64,000 bases of DNA, taken from assembly GCA_020353515.1 (NCBI GenBank), contig CP070695.1, positions 3,823,908-3,887,907 of the forward strand, given 5' to 3'. The stretch comes from Candidatus Heimdallarchaeota archaeon (GTDB taxonomy: Archaea > Asgardarchaeota > Heimdallarchaeia > Hodarchaeales > Hodarchaeaceae). The stretch's first letter is position 1. Every line of letters starts with the position of its first letter. Below, piece after piece: positions 54,409-63,326 of this stretch. The translations under genes and the position numbers were made by a program. The notes under the pieces were generated by a model, which made no database searches, was not told the DNA's origin, and was given only the letters and a program-made list of their open reading frames with translations.

Positions 54409-57102
54409 TTAACTTATGGTTGAAACCAAGTATTGTAGGATGCCACCACTCTTATAGTATTCAATTTCAATATCCGAATCTAAACGCATAGTAACAGAGA
54501 ATTCGACTGTTGAACCATCTGATTTTTGTGCAATTACTTTTAGCTTCTTTTTTGGAGTTAAACCTTCGTTCAAACCAATGATGTCAAATTTTTCGGTTCC
54601 ATCAAATCCAAGTTCTTGCCATCCCTGATTCGATTCAAATTCTAATGGAAGAACACCCATACCAATAAGATTACTCCTGTGGATCCTCTCGAAAGATCTT
54701 GCTATTACTGCTTTTGTTCCAAGTAGAGCTGGCCCTTTTGCTGCCCAATCTCGTGAACTTCCCACACCATAGAGATTTGAGCCTAAGACAATCGTAGGGA
54801 TATTCTTTTGGTCATACTTCATTGCTGCATCATATACGCTAGTAATTTCATTAGTAGGATGATATCTGGTCCACCATCCTTCCTTATCGGGAGTTAGCTG
54901 GTTTTTGACCCGTACATTTGCGAAAGTTCCCCTCATCATAACTTCGTGATTCCCTCTTCGACTACCATATGTATTAAATTCTAGTTCAGATATTCCTTTG
55001 TCTATCAAATATTTCCCTGCTGGACTTTCTGTAGCTATGGCCCCTGCGGGAGAAATATGATCTGTCGATACTTTATCTTCAAGCAGGATTAATACGTTAG
55101 CTTCCTTGATATCCTCGGGTTCCTTAGGTTCTGGGGAAAAGAATTTCTTACTGAAAAACGGAGGTTTTTTAATATATGTAGAAGAAGGATCCCATTCAAA
55201 AAGAGTTGTTGTAGGAGCTTCTAATTTTTGCCAATAAGGATCTCCTTCTGTTATCTTAGCATATTCTTTCTTATAAATTTCAGCTGAAATACAACGATTG
55301 ATAGCATCTTGTATCTCTTCCTGACTAGGCCAGATATCTTTCAGAAATACAGGTTTTCCATTTGGTGTATAGCCAATCGGTTCAGTCGTTATATCAATGT
55401 CAATGGTTCCTGCCAAGGCATATGTTACAACTAGCATTGGAGATGCAAGGAAATTTCCACGAGTTAATTGGTGAATTCGCCCACCATAATTCCGATTTCC
55501 ACTTAGAATGGACGTAACGTACAAATCATTTTCTCTGATGACATCTTCAATTTCTGTTCTTAGTGGACCACTATTTCCAATACACGTTGTACAACCATAT
55601 CCAACAAGATGGAAACCTAAAGCTTCTAGATATGGGGAGAGACCAAGATCATCAAGATAATCAGTCACAACTTTGGAGCCTGGGGCTAAGCTAGTCTTAA
55701 TGTTAGATTTCACTCTCAATCCTAATTCAACAGCTTTCTTTGCTAATAAGCCTGCACCCACCATAACTGATGGATTCGAAGTATTTGTACAAGATGTGAT
55801 TGCAGCAATAACTAGATCTCCCTCTTTGATGGGCCAAGACATCCCATCTAAATCAACGTTAGTAACTAACCGTTCTCTTCCCCGGGCTCTTGTATGTTCA
55901 TCTAAAAACTTGTTTAACCTAGGTTTAACTTCAGAAATAACAACCTGTTCTTCAGGATTTAATGGACCAGATATAGATGATTTGATTTTACTCAAGTCTA
56001 CCTCAATAACCTCAGTAAATGTTGGATCAGGCGTATCAGGATTCCGAAAGAGTTTATTCTTCTTTGCATAATTTTCAACGAATTTGATATGCTCAGGATC
56101 TCTACCACTTAATTTCAAATATGAAATAGTCTGATCATCAATTGGGAAGAATCCAATAGTGATTGCTTGCTCTGGAGACATGTTTGAGAGGGATGCTCGA
56201 TCTGGAACGGTCAAACTCGCAACTCCTGGCCCAAAATATTCTACAAATCGTCCAACTAGACTTCTCTTTCGGAGGATTTCAGTTATAGTTAATACAAGGT
56301 CGGTCGCTGTAGTCCCCTCAGGGAGTGTTCCAGTTAATTTGATTCCTATAACTTCAGGAAGAGGTATATAATATGGTTGGCCCAACATTACCGCTTCTGC
56401 TTCTATTCCCCCAACTCCCCAGCCAATCACAGCAACACCATTCACCATTGGAGTATGTGAATCTGTACCAACACACGTATCTGGAACAGCAGTTTTTTCT
56501 CCTTTAAAGTCTCGAATATCAACAACTGATGCTAAATATTCTAAATTTACTTGATGGCAAATCCCCGAACCAGTGGGTACAATTCTTGTGTTATCAAAAG
56601 AATTTTGTGCCCATTTAATCAACTTATAACGCTCACTATTCCTTTCATATTCTTTCTCCAAATTTAGCGGATAAGCATCATGAACCCCAAAAAAATCCAC
56701 TTGAACACTATGATCAATAACTAAATCTGTTGGGATTAATGGATTAATTTTAGTAGGGTCTCCACCCAGTTCATGGACAGCATCTCGAATAGCAGCCATA
56801 TCCACAATCAATGGCACACCTGTTAAATCTTGTAAAAGGACACGAGAAGGCATGTATGGGATTGTTTGCCCAGTAGACTGAGGCCAATTCGCAACAGTAT
56901 TCACATGTTCAAGAGTGACAAGTTTACCATCAAAATTTCGGATATTATTTTCAAGAAGTACGCGAATCGAAAAAGGTAGTTGATCAAGATCTAAATCCGC
57001 AAGTTTGGCTAATATTGGTAGGCTATAAACTGTACATTCGCCTAAACTTAAATCTTGTTTCATTTTAGTTTGTTTGATAATATCCTCATTTATTTCGCTC
57101 AT
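54409..57102 (-). CDS. acnA: Aconitate hydratase A (AcnA/IRP family)
   Basis: RVLLQDLTG, DHSVQ, GTDSHT, ITSCTNTSNP, GCTTCIGNSG, TDHISPAG, GSSRDWAAKG. Confidence 0.95.
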   Translation of the reverse strand: MSEINEDIIKQTKMKQDLSLGECTVYSLPILAKLADLDLDQLPFSIRVLLENNIRNFDGKLVTLEHVNTVANWPQSTGQTIPYMPSRVLLQDLTGVPLIVDMAAIRDAVHELGGDPTKINPLIPTDLVIDHSVQVDFFGVHDAYPLNLEKEYERNSERYKLIKWAQNSFDNTRIVPTGSGICHQVNLEYLASVVDIRDFKGEKTAVPDTCVGTDSHTPMVNGVAVIGWGVGGIEAEAVMLGQPYYIPLPEVIGIKLTGTLPEGTTATDLVLTITEILRKRSLVGRFVEYFGPGVASLTVPDRASLSNMSPEQAITIGFFPIDDQTISYLKLSGRDPEHIKFVENYAKKNKLFRNPDTPDPTFTEVIEVDLSKIKSSISGPLNPEEQVVISEVKPRLNKFLDEHTRARGRERLVTNVDLDGMSWPIKEGDLVIAAITSCTNTSNPSVMVGAGLLAKKAVELGLRVKSNIKTSLAPGSKVVTDYLDDLGLSPYLEALGFHLVGYGCTTCIGNSGPLRTEIEDVIRENDLYVTSILSGNRNYGGRIHQLTRGNFLASPMLVVTYALAGTIDIDITTEPIGYTPNGKPVFLKDIWPSQEEIQDAINRCISAEIYKKEYAKITEGDPYWQKLEAPTTTLFEWDPSSTYIKKPPFFSKKFFSPEPKEPEDIKEANVLILLEDKVSTDHISPAGAIATESPAGKYLIDKGISELEFNTYGSRRGNHEVMMRGTFANVRVKNQLTPDKEGWWTRYHPTNEITSVYDAAMKYDQKNIPTIVLGSNLYGVGSSRDWAAKGPALLGTKAVIARSFERIHRSNLIGMGVLPLEFESNQGWQELGFDGTEKFDIIGLNEGLTPKKKLKVIAQKSDGSTVEFSVTMRLDSDIEIEYYKSGGILQYLVSTIS

Positions 57103-57159
57103 GTTCTAAAGATTGGAAATAATAAATTTAAGATTTAGGATGGTTTTTTTCGTAATATT

Positions 57160-57909
57160 TTATTTCGGTTTTTTTGTTTTTACCCTTGTTTTCGGGATCT
57201 TAGTTTTAATATCATTAAAAATAGGTGGGGGAATAACTTTTTTCTTTACAGGGGATTTTATATGAATTTTTGGTGGGGGTGGTTGGTTTACCACGTTTTT
57301 CTGTTTCTTTTTACCTCCCTTAGTAGAATATTGGATTGAGGGTGTTTTTGGGATTTTATCTTTAAGTATTGGTGGGAGTTGGTTAATAACATTTTTTTGT
57401 CCTTTTTTTGCACCCATAGTAGGAGATTGGATTATGGTGTCTTGGGGCATTTTTTTGTGATTTTTCGGGGGCGGAGGCTTGTTTATTGTATCAGATAATT
57501 CTTTTTTTGAATGAACTACTCCTGTTGAACGAGGAATCGTACCGATTTTATAAACTTGTTTAGGGGTAGGAGTTTTCTTATTAAATTGTGACTTTTTTTG
57601 AACATTTTTTGGAATTAATCCTATATTCGTGGGAGATTTGGTTTCGTAAGGAAGAGAATTATTTATTGGAGGAGAAACATTTGAGTCAATAGACTCTTTT
57701 TTAGTTTGGTCAGAACTACCATATTTTGAGGGTAGTTTTATTCCATCCTTTGGAATTCTTCCTCTCGCCTTTGGGGGAGGGAGTTCAAATGATTTACCAT
57801 TAAAACTGGTTGGTGTCTTTTGTTTGATCTCTTGCACTCTTAAACTCACTGGAATTTTACTTTTGATATTATCTCTAGGCTTTTTCTTACGAATCTTATG
57901 TCTGGCCAA
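57160..57909 (-). CDS. Lys/Pro-rich, basic, probably disordered protein
   Basis: 249 aa dominated by K/P/S/T/Q/N with several PPP tracts; TTG start. Confidence 0.65.
   Translation of the reverse strand: MARHKIRKKKPRDNIKSKIPVSLRVQEIKQKTPTSFNGKSFELPPPKARGRIPKDGIKLPSKYGSSDQTKKESIDSNVSPPINNSLPYETKSPTNIGLIPKNVQKKSQFNKKTPTPKQVYKIGTIPRSTGVVHSKKELSDTINKPPPPKNHKKMPQDTIIQSPTMGAKKGQKNVINQLPPILKDKIPKTPSIQYSTKGGKKKQKNVVNQPPPPKIHIKSPVKKKVIPPPIFNDIKTKIPKTRVKTKKPK
57274..57432 (-). repeat. Intragenic imperfect repeat, 32-aa period
   Basis: IQSPTMGAKKGQKNVINQLPP (57370-57432) vs IQYSTKGGKKKQKNVVNQPPP (57274-57336). Confidence 0.7.
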
Positions 57910-58012
57910 TGTTTTCTCAGAATCCTGGTCGGTATTAGAAATAGTTTCAATGTATTTTGTAATATTAGGATAACAGGATCTTATAATACTAACGAAACAA
58001 ATGAGAACATCC

Positions 58013-58597
58013 TTACCTACTAAGTGAAAATCCTATTCCTGAAAAGAGAAAGAATAAACCATAGAGAACTCCAATTAGATCAGTAGCAAATAATCCAGTT
58101 AATAAGAATAAAATACCAAACACAAAAAAAGTGAATAGTGCCGTCCATTCGGCAGACGGCCCTCTCTCAGACTGGGAGGTTAATCTAATAAATTTGTATC
58201 GTGTGAAACTTCGGATTAAAAGGGCTATCGATACAGCAAGATAAGGAAATGCCAAGATTGAGGCAAGGGTTATTTGTAGCTGAATAAAATTCTCTGATGG
58301 TATAATCTCAATATTAAATGTTAACAATGCTGCTTGTCCAGGAGGAAAAAACGGACTAGCCAGTAAAACGCATAACGGAATGATATTTGCCAATGAAAAG
58401 AAGTATATTTCATTTAAAGTAGCTTTTACGTCTATATAGTATAATAGTCTTAAGAAATAGAAAATTGTGATCGTAGTATAGAATGTTAAAAATATCAGAC
58501 TTAATGCAATATTATCCTCATCTCTAATGAAAAAAAAGATACTTGCTGCAAGACCCATGAGGAAAACAAAATAGGCAATTGAATGTCGTGAAACGAT
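58013..58597 (-). CDS. Polytopic membrane protein, apparent paralog of the TM domain of the upstream RING protein (possible ATC start at 58597; first ATG at 58558)
   Basis: GGAGGT lies 7 nt before an in-frame ATC; colinear motif matches to 58603-59760 (see findings). Confidence 0.7.
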   Translation of the reverse strand: MVSRHSIAYFVFLMGLAASIFFFIRDEDNIALSLIFLTFYTTITIFYFLRLLYYIDVKATLNEIYFFSLANIIPLCVLLASPFFPPGQAALLTFNIEIIPSENFIQLQITLASILAFPYLAVSIALLIRSFTRYKFIRLTSQSERGPSAEWTALFTFFVFGILFLLTGLFATDLIGVLYGLFFLFSGIGFSLSR

Positions 58598-58602
58598 CCT
58601 GA

Positions 58603-59760
58603 TTACCTCCAGCGGCTATTTAAATGATTATTTTGATACATTTTAATTAATTTCTGATAACTTTTCCCAGAAAGCCGATACATTTTCTCTGTTGAAATTT
58701 CTTTATTACAACGGGAGCAGATATTCGCTACACTCAACCATTTCTCTAGTTCATGGGAATGTGCTGGATGTCCGCAATGGGGGCATATAACAACTCGCTT
58801 ATTAGCCTCTGTAGGAAATTCATAGCAGAAAATGCAGCGAAAATCATCATCTGTTAAGTGTTGACCTATAGGTATGAGTTTTGAAAGAATAGCTGGAGGT
58901 ATTTTCTCTATACGGGTTATATTTACCCCTGTGTCTATTCCTGGAACAATATTCATTGTTGATTGAGATGAGGCTCGTTCCCTGTTCAATATTTCACGTG
59001 AACTTGGTCGTACTGCAGTTGGTAACGAATTGAAAGAGGATTGTGGCTGTCTACTTGATTGTGAAGATGTTTGAGGTGCTCTAGTTCGATTTAACTGCCT
59101 AGGCAATGATCTTTGCGTTGCCCCACGAATGGGTATTCGACGGATTGGTACTAATATGACCTTTAATACATAATGCTGTACAAATAGAATAGAACTAATA
59201 GAAATAAACCCTAATCCACTTAGTTCTATGGATCCTGTCTGGATCCAGTAGAAACTTAAACTTAAAAACATCCCAACGTTATATAGAATAATTAATTCAT
59301 TCTGATACTTCTTTCTAGAGATGAATATTAATGGATAAAGACCAGAATAATATCTTCGGATGAGTAATAAAAGAAAAATGAAGGGTGGTAAAACAAAAAC
59401 TACGCTAAATAGATTTAGAAACAAAAAAAATCTATCTATATTGAGAAAATTAATATCAAGTGTCATTTCAAGAATATATGCTTGAAGAATTCCATCTTCT
59501 CCTAGTGATGCATATTGAGCGAGGAATGTTCCTCCTAAAGCAATCAACGAAGGAATTAAGATGAATACTGCAGATGCAATTGGTGCATTAAAACGTTGAA
59601 AGTATTGCCACTCTTCAATAAATTTGATTGATAGTACGATTACTGAAGTGATATAAAGGATGGTTAGAGCGACTTCTGTCTGTTGTTCTGTAATTAATGT
59701 GAGTACTGCAAAAACGAATCCTACAGCACAAATGGAAAGATATACATTCCGCCTAACCAA
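58603..59760 (-). CDS. Membrane-anchored RING-type E3 ligase candidate
   Basis: ~6-7 N-terminal TM helices, S/Q/R-rich linker, CIFC-x13-CPHC-GHPA-HSHE-LEKW-x6-CSRC. Confidence 0.8.
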   Translation of the reverse strand: MVRRNVYLSICAVGFVFAVLTLITEQQTEVALTILYITSVIVLSIKFIEEWQYFQRFNAPIASAVFILIPSLIALGGTFLAQYASLGEDGILQAYILEMTLDINFLNIDRFFLFLNLFSVVFVLPPFIFLLLLIRRYYSGLYPLIFISRKKYQNELIILYNVGMFLSLSFYWIQTGSIELSGLGFISISSILFVQHYVLKVILVPIRRIPIRGATQRSLPRQLNRTRAPQTSSQSSRQPQSSFNSLPTAVRPSSREILNRERASSQSTMNIVPGIDTGVNITRIEKIPPAILSKLIPIGQHLTDDDFRCIFCYEFPTEANKRVVICPHCGHPAHSHELEKWLSVANICSRCNKEISTEKMYRLSGKSYQKLIKMYQNNHLNSRWR

Positions 59761-59778
59761 CTAGATTTCAACCTCATA

Positions 59779-60687
59779 CTACTTTTCATGATCATATTCT
59801 AAAAACATACGGCCTTTCTCCTCTGTAAGAGGAAGGAGCGTATTTATCAATTCAGGAAGACTTCCTAAGGGACAATTCAATACCATATACTGGGGCTCTT
59901 CCCAAGTTTTCATATCTTCCTTTAATCGAAAGATTTTGAAACCATAAGAACCACTTGAAATCTTTGTAGGGTCAATAACTAAAGCAATGGGGGCAGTAAT
60001 TTGTGAATTACGTGCTCCAAGCCGTTGATACCGAACTTGAGTCTCATAATCCGTTTGACTCATGAATGCTCCGTATGAAGGATGAGAGTGATACCATCCA
60101 AGAATAAGTTGATTTTTATTATGAGATTTAATCTCATTATAAACTCTAACCATAGATTGTGGGTCATTAATTTGGGTATTCACATTTGTGCCGTGGCCAA
60201 TCGGGAAAGCATCTTCAATAACTAAACAGGCTAATGGTGTATCATTACTTTCTATATGACCTGTAAGGAGACCTATTACCTCTATCCAATTATTTTGGGG
60301 TACATCTGGATTCGCATATTTTAATGCGTGCAATGCTAATTTTATATAGGCTTTAAGATGAATTTTCACTCGTGAAGGCTCTGATTCGGGATTTAAGTTG
60401 TTCAAACTTAACTCAACACTTTTTGTGGCATCTAGGGCTTTAATTTGTTCCTTTTTTTTGATAAAATCAGATTTAGGAATATTTTTTTCATCTGAATTTG
60501 AAGAAATTAAATAAGAGGGATTTATTTGTATTTCTTTGCCTGTAAAACTTTCAAAATCTGCATTAGGTTTATATTTGAATGCAGGAAATTTTAAAGTAAA
60601 AGAGAAAGTCTCTGGATCAAAGGTTAGAGCAAGATCTCTAAGCAGCAATTCAAAAATATTTTGTAGATCCTTTTTCTCTTTTGACAT
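59779..60687 (-). CDS. JAMM/MPN+ metalloprotease (Rpn11/CSN5-like deconjugase)
   Basis: EVIGLL...GWYHSHPSYGAFMSQTD (E...HxH-x7-S-x2-D), ALVIDP. Confidence 0.92.
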   Translation of the reverse strand: MSKEKKDLQNIFELLLRDLALTFDPETFSFTLKFPAFKYKPNADFESFTGKEIQINPSYLISSNSDEKNIPKSDFIKKKEQIKALDATKSVELSLNNLNPESEPSRVKIHLKAYIKLALHALKYANPDVPQNNWIEVIGLLTGHIESNDTPLACLVIEDAFPIGHGTNVNTQINDPQSMVRVYNEIKSHNKNQLILGWYHSHPSYGAFMSQTDYETQVRYQRLGARNSQITAPIALVIDPTKISSGSYGFKIFRLKEDMKTWEEPQYMVLNCPLGSLPELINTLLPLTEEKGRMFLEYDHEK

Positions 60688-60718
60688 TTTCTAACCCATC
60701 GCTCATTAATCTTAATTC

Positions 60719-61246
60719 TCACCACTTCTTATTCGCATATTTTTTTGTAATCTTGCGAGCTTTTGTCATGAAATTCTTTCTATTGCTCAAATATTCTTGA
60801 GCTGCCTTTCTATTGAATACATCATGCGGATTAGTGTAAGCAGTATCAATATTGAACATCGCAAGGATTGAATAAATTATTGTTCCAATATTCTTTGATG
60901 GTGACCAACCATCTGGTCTACCAATTAGGTCAGGATCAACCAGTGCTAAACAAATGTTCCGTTTTCCCTTATACTCATCAGGTTTCGGCCAGAAGTTCGG
61001 ATGCCAGATTGGTGTATGCAAACGAACGAATGGGGGAGAATAGGGATAATTTGGGCCAAATTTGATTTCTAGCTTAAATTTTCCTTTCTCATATGGAGTC
61101 CCTTTAGGCCCCTCTAGAAGGACTGCAAGGTGTTCGACCGATTTTTTCCCACCTGGAAATGCTTTAACTTGTTTTATGGTTTTTTGTTTGTATAACTTCT
61201 TTAATTGATTATAATCATCAGCAATCCTCTTAATACGTATGGACAT
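60719..61246 (-). CDS. Ubiquitin-conjugating enzyme E2
   Basis: GPKGTPYEKGKF, YPYSPP, IWHPN...ICL, WSP. Confidence 0.95.
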   Translation of the reverse strand: MSIRIKRIADDYNQLKKLYKQKTIKQVKAFPGGKKSVEHLAVLLEGPKGTPYEKGKFKLEIKFGPNYPYSPPFVRLHTPIWHPNFWPKPDEYKGKRNICLALVDPDLIGRPDGWSPSKNIGTIIYSILAMFNIDTAYTNPHDVFNRKAAQEYLSNRKNFMTKARKITKKYANKKW

Positions 61247-61263
61247 GTAATTTTACCTCCTGT

Positions 61264-62508
61264 TTATATGAATTTCAAGCTTAAATAGATCTGAGTGCCA
61301 TCTTCAAATCCTGTGACTAAGATAGTCTCATAATTACGAAGTTTAGCCTCAGAGAGGTTTAATTTCCAATCGATCTCATTGACCTCAGAAGTGTCAATTC
61401 GAAAGATGCTTGGGGGGAAATCTGGGTCGATTAGGTATTTTTTTTCTTGTGCCAATTTTGTTACAATTTTCTTCAATAGAAAGTTTGGCTTGACTTTTAT
61501 TCTATAGAGAGGAGCACGAGTATTTCCACACATGGTGCAATTTGAATTCCTCGGTTTTTCCATCTCATAGAATTTCCCAGTCAGTCCATTATAGATCACA
61601 TAATTTAATTGAAGAGAACCTAACTTCTTTTCATTTTTGGGGGTGTGTATATGGTGAAGGATTTTCACTGCTTCTTGAGATTGTAATGAGGCCATTACAC
61701 AATTAATCGTGATTACTGTGGCTTCATGATTATCAACTATTTGAATAACCTGATCTGTTGAGAATGGTTGAGACTCTGGAAAATAGGCTTTGAGTAAGGT
61801 ATTTGCATATTCCCTAACTGCACTGATTTCTTTTGGTTTCAATATATCAACAGGCCGTCCATGATCCTGTTCAAATTGTAATTGCCCTTTTAAGATACAA
61901 TGTGCTGGTTTTCGTGGCACACCAACTAACGTACAAGCACCTAACTGATCCTGTTCACGTTCAGTTAATGGATCACATTCTAAACAAGCGTTACTGAAGG
62001 GAAACATGCAATAGACATGACCATTGTAAGCTGCTGTTCCTGCATCAATTAAGGGTTTATGATTGTGAACAGCTCTTCGATTTAGTTCGGATCGGGCCTC
62101 AATTGAGTCTAAACCCGCGATAAAAAGATCTGCTTCTTGATAAAGACGGGGAGGAAGGTTTTGCAAAGCACAATTATATGCTTCAATTGAAATAAAAGGA
62201 TTCATTTCTCGAAGTCGTTTAGCAGCAAATTCTGCCTTAGACACTCCTTCTGGTGCTCCAATAAATAATACTTGTCGATTAAGGTTAGAATATTCAACTG
62301 TATCAAGATCAACAAGAATTAATTTTCCAACACTGACCATTGCCAAGTTTTTTGCAACTTCAACCCCTAATCCACCAATTCCGACAATTAAAACAGTACT
62401 TCGCTTTAAAGTTTCTTGTTTCCATCCTGGAAGGCGAAATTGACGATCAAAACGTCTTTTTTCTTCATCAGTGAATTCTTCACTTGTGAAATCTGATACA
62501 TTTGACAT
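61264..62508 (-). CDS. Ubl-activating enzyme E1 (UBA3/UBA2-like, with catalytic Cys domain and C-terminal ubiquitin-fold-like domain)
   Basis: RFDRQ, GIGGLG, DLDTVEYSNLNRQ, GLDSIEAR, CLEC, ACTLVGVPRKPAHC, CTMC. Confidence 0.93.
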   Translation of the reverse strand: MSNVSDFTSEEFTDEEKRRFDRQFRLPGWKQETLKRSTVLIVGIGGLGVEVAKNLAMVSVGKLILVDLDTVEYSNLNRQVLFIGAPEGVSKAEFAAKRLREMNPFISIEAYNCALQNLPPRLYQEADLFIAGLDSIEARSELNRRAVHNHKPLIDAGTAAYNGHVYCMFPFSNACLECDPLTEREQDQLGACTLVGVPRKPAHCILKGQLQFEQDHGRPVDILKPKEISAVREYANTLLKAYFPESQPFSTDQVIQIVDNHEATVITINCVMASLQSQEAVKILHHIHTPKNEKKLGSLQLNYVIYNGLTGKFYEMEKPRNSNCTMCGNTRAPLYRIKVKPNFLLKKIVTKLAQEKKYLIDPDFPPSIFRIDTSEVNEIDWKLNLSEAKLRNYETILVTGFEDGTQIYLSLKFI

Positions 62509-62520
62509 TCTTACTCAACT

Positions 62521-62868
62521 TCAGTAGTAGATTCCTGCTGTTGAAACAGGGATAATCAAGCATTCTAAACCATTTTCAATATCATAATTAGATAGCACAT
62601 CATCACTATCTAGAGTACGGCCACCGATAGAAATATGAAAATCCTGTGGATAAAGACCAAATATTCCTCCAAGTGTTTCTTTTAATTCCGAAACACCCAT
62701 TTCAGGATTGACAGAGAGTTTTTCAATTTTTTCACCTGGTCCTATTGTAGATCTAAAGAATAGGGTTATTTGAGTCCCACTTGGTACTTTTGTTCTCATT
62801 TGAGTTTCTAGAATCTCTTCTTCCTCTTCTTCGATTTCCAATTCATCAAAATCCTCATTTTCAGACAT
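62521..62868 (-). CDS. Ubiquitin-like protein 2 (acidic N-tail; ends STAG-IYY, pro-form)
   Basis: GRTLD-x4-LSNY beta-grasp motif; GGAG upstream of ATG 62868 gives 115 aa, the same length as its paralog. Confidence 0.88.
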   Translation of the reverse strand: MSENEDFDELEIEEEEEEILETQMRTKVPSGTQITLFFRSTIGPGEKIEKLSVNPEMGVSELKETLGGIFGLYPQDFHISIGGRTLDSDDVLSNYDIENGLECLIIPVSTAGIYY

Positions 62869-63044
62869 TGAATAATACTCCATTTCCATTCTTTTTGTTG
62901 GAAGCATTTTACAATATTTTATCTGGTAAAAGAGCTTTATAGACTGACTCTTTACTGGTGAATAATTATCCGTTTCAATCATTTTAATTATTCCCAATTA
63001 CTGTTTGAGTACTTTTTCGAGGAATTTTAATAATGAATATTGGG

Positions 63045-63239
63045 TCAGATACAAATTTCGTTTGATTGAATTACTCCAAGAGACTGAAGAATCCAAAGAT
63101 TTGCTCGGATATAATAATCGGTTGCTGAGATTATGATATCTAAATCATTACTAGACCCATGATGGATTCGCATCTTTTTCTTCGCATTTTCACGTTCATA
63201 CATTGCTTCAACTATAGATTTGACTAAACTTTCAATCAT
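63045..63239 (-). CDS. Small hypothetical protein between the two Ubl genes
   Basis: 64-aa ORF on the operon strand filling the gap; no recognisable motif. Confidence 0.4.
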   Translation of the reverse strand: MIESLVKSIVEAMYERENAKKKMRIHHGSSNDLDIIISATDYYIRANLWILQSLGVIQSNEICI

Positions 63240-63326
63240 AACCGTTATTCCATAGCTTTTCTGAGGGGATGAGAAAGAGAGGATGATTACTTTCTCTCAA
63301 TTTACGAAAGTAAGAAAGAAAAGCGT

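Noticed and set aside
62869-62997. 43-aa N-terminal extension of Ubl2 given by the ORF track
   Set aside because: The RBS position and exact length match with Ubl1 favour ATG 62868.
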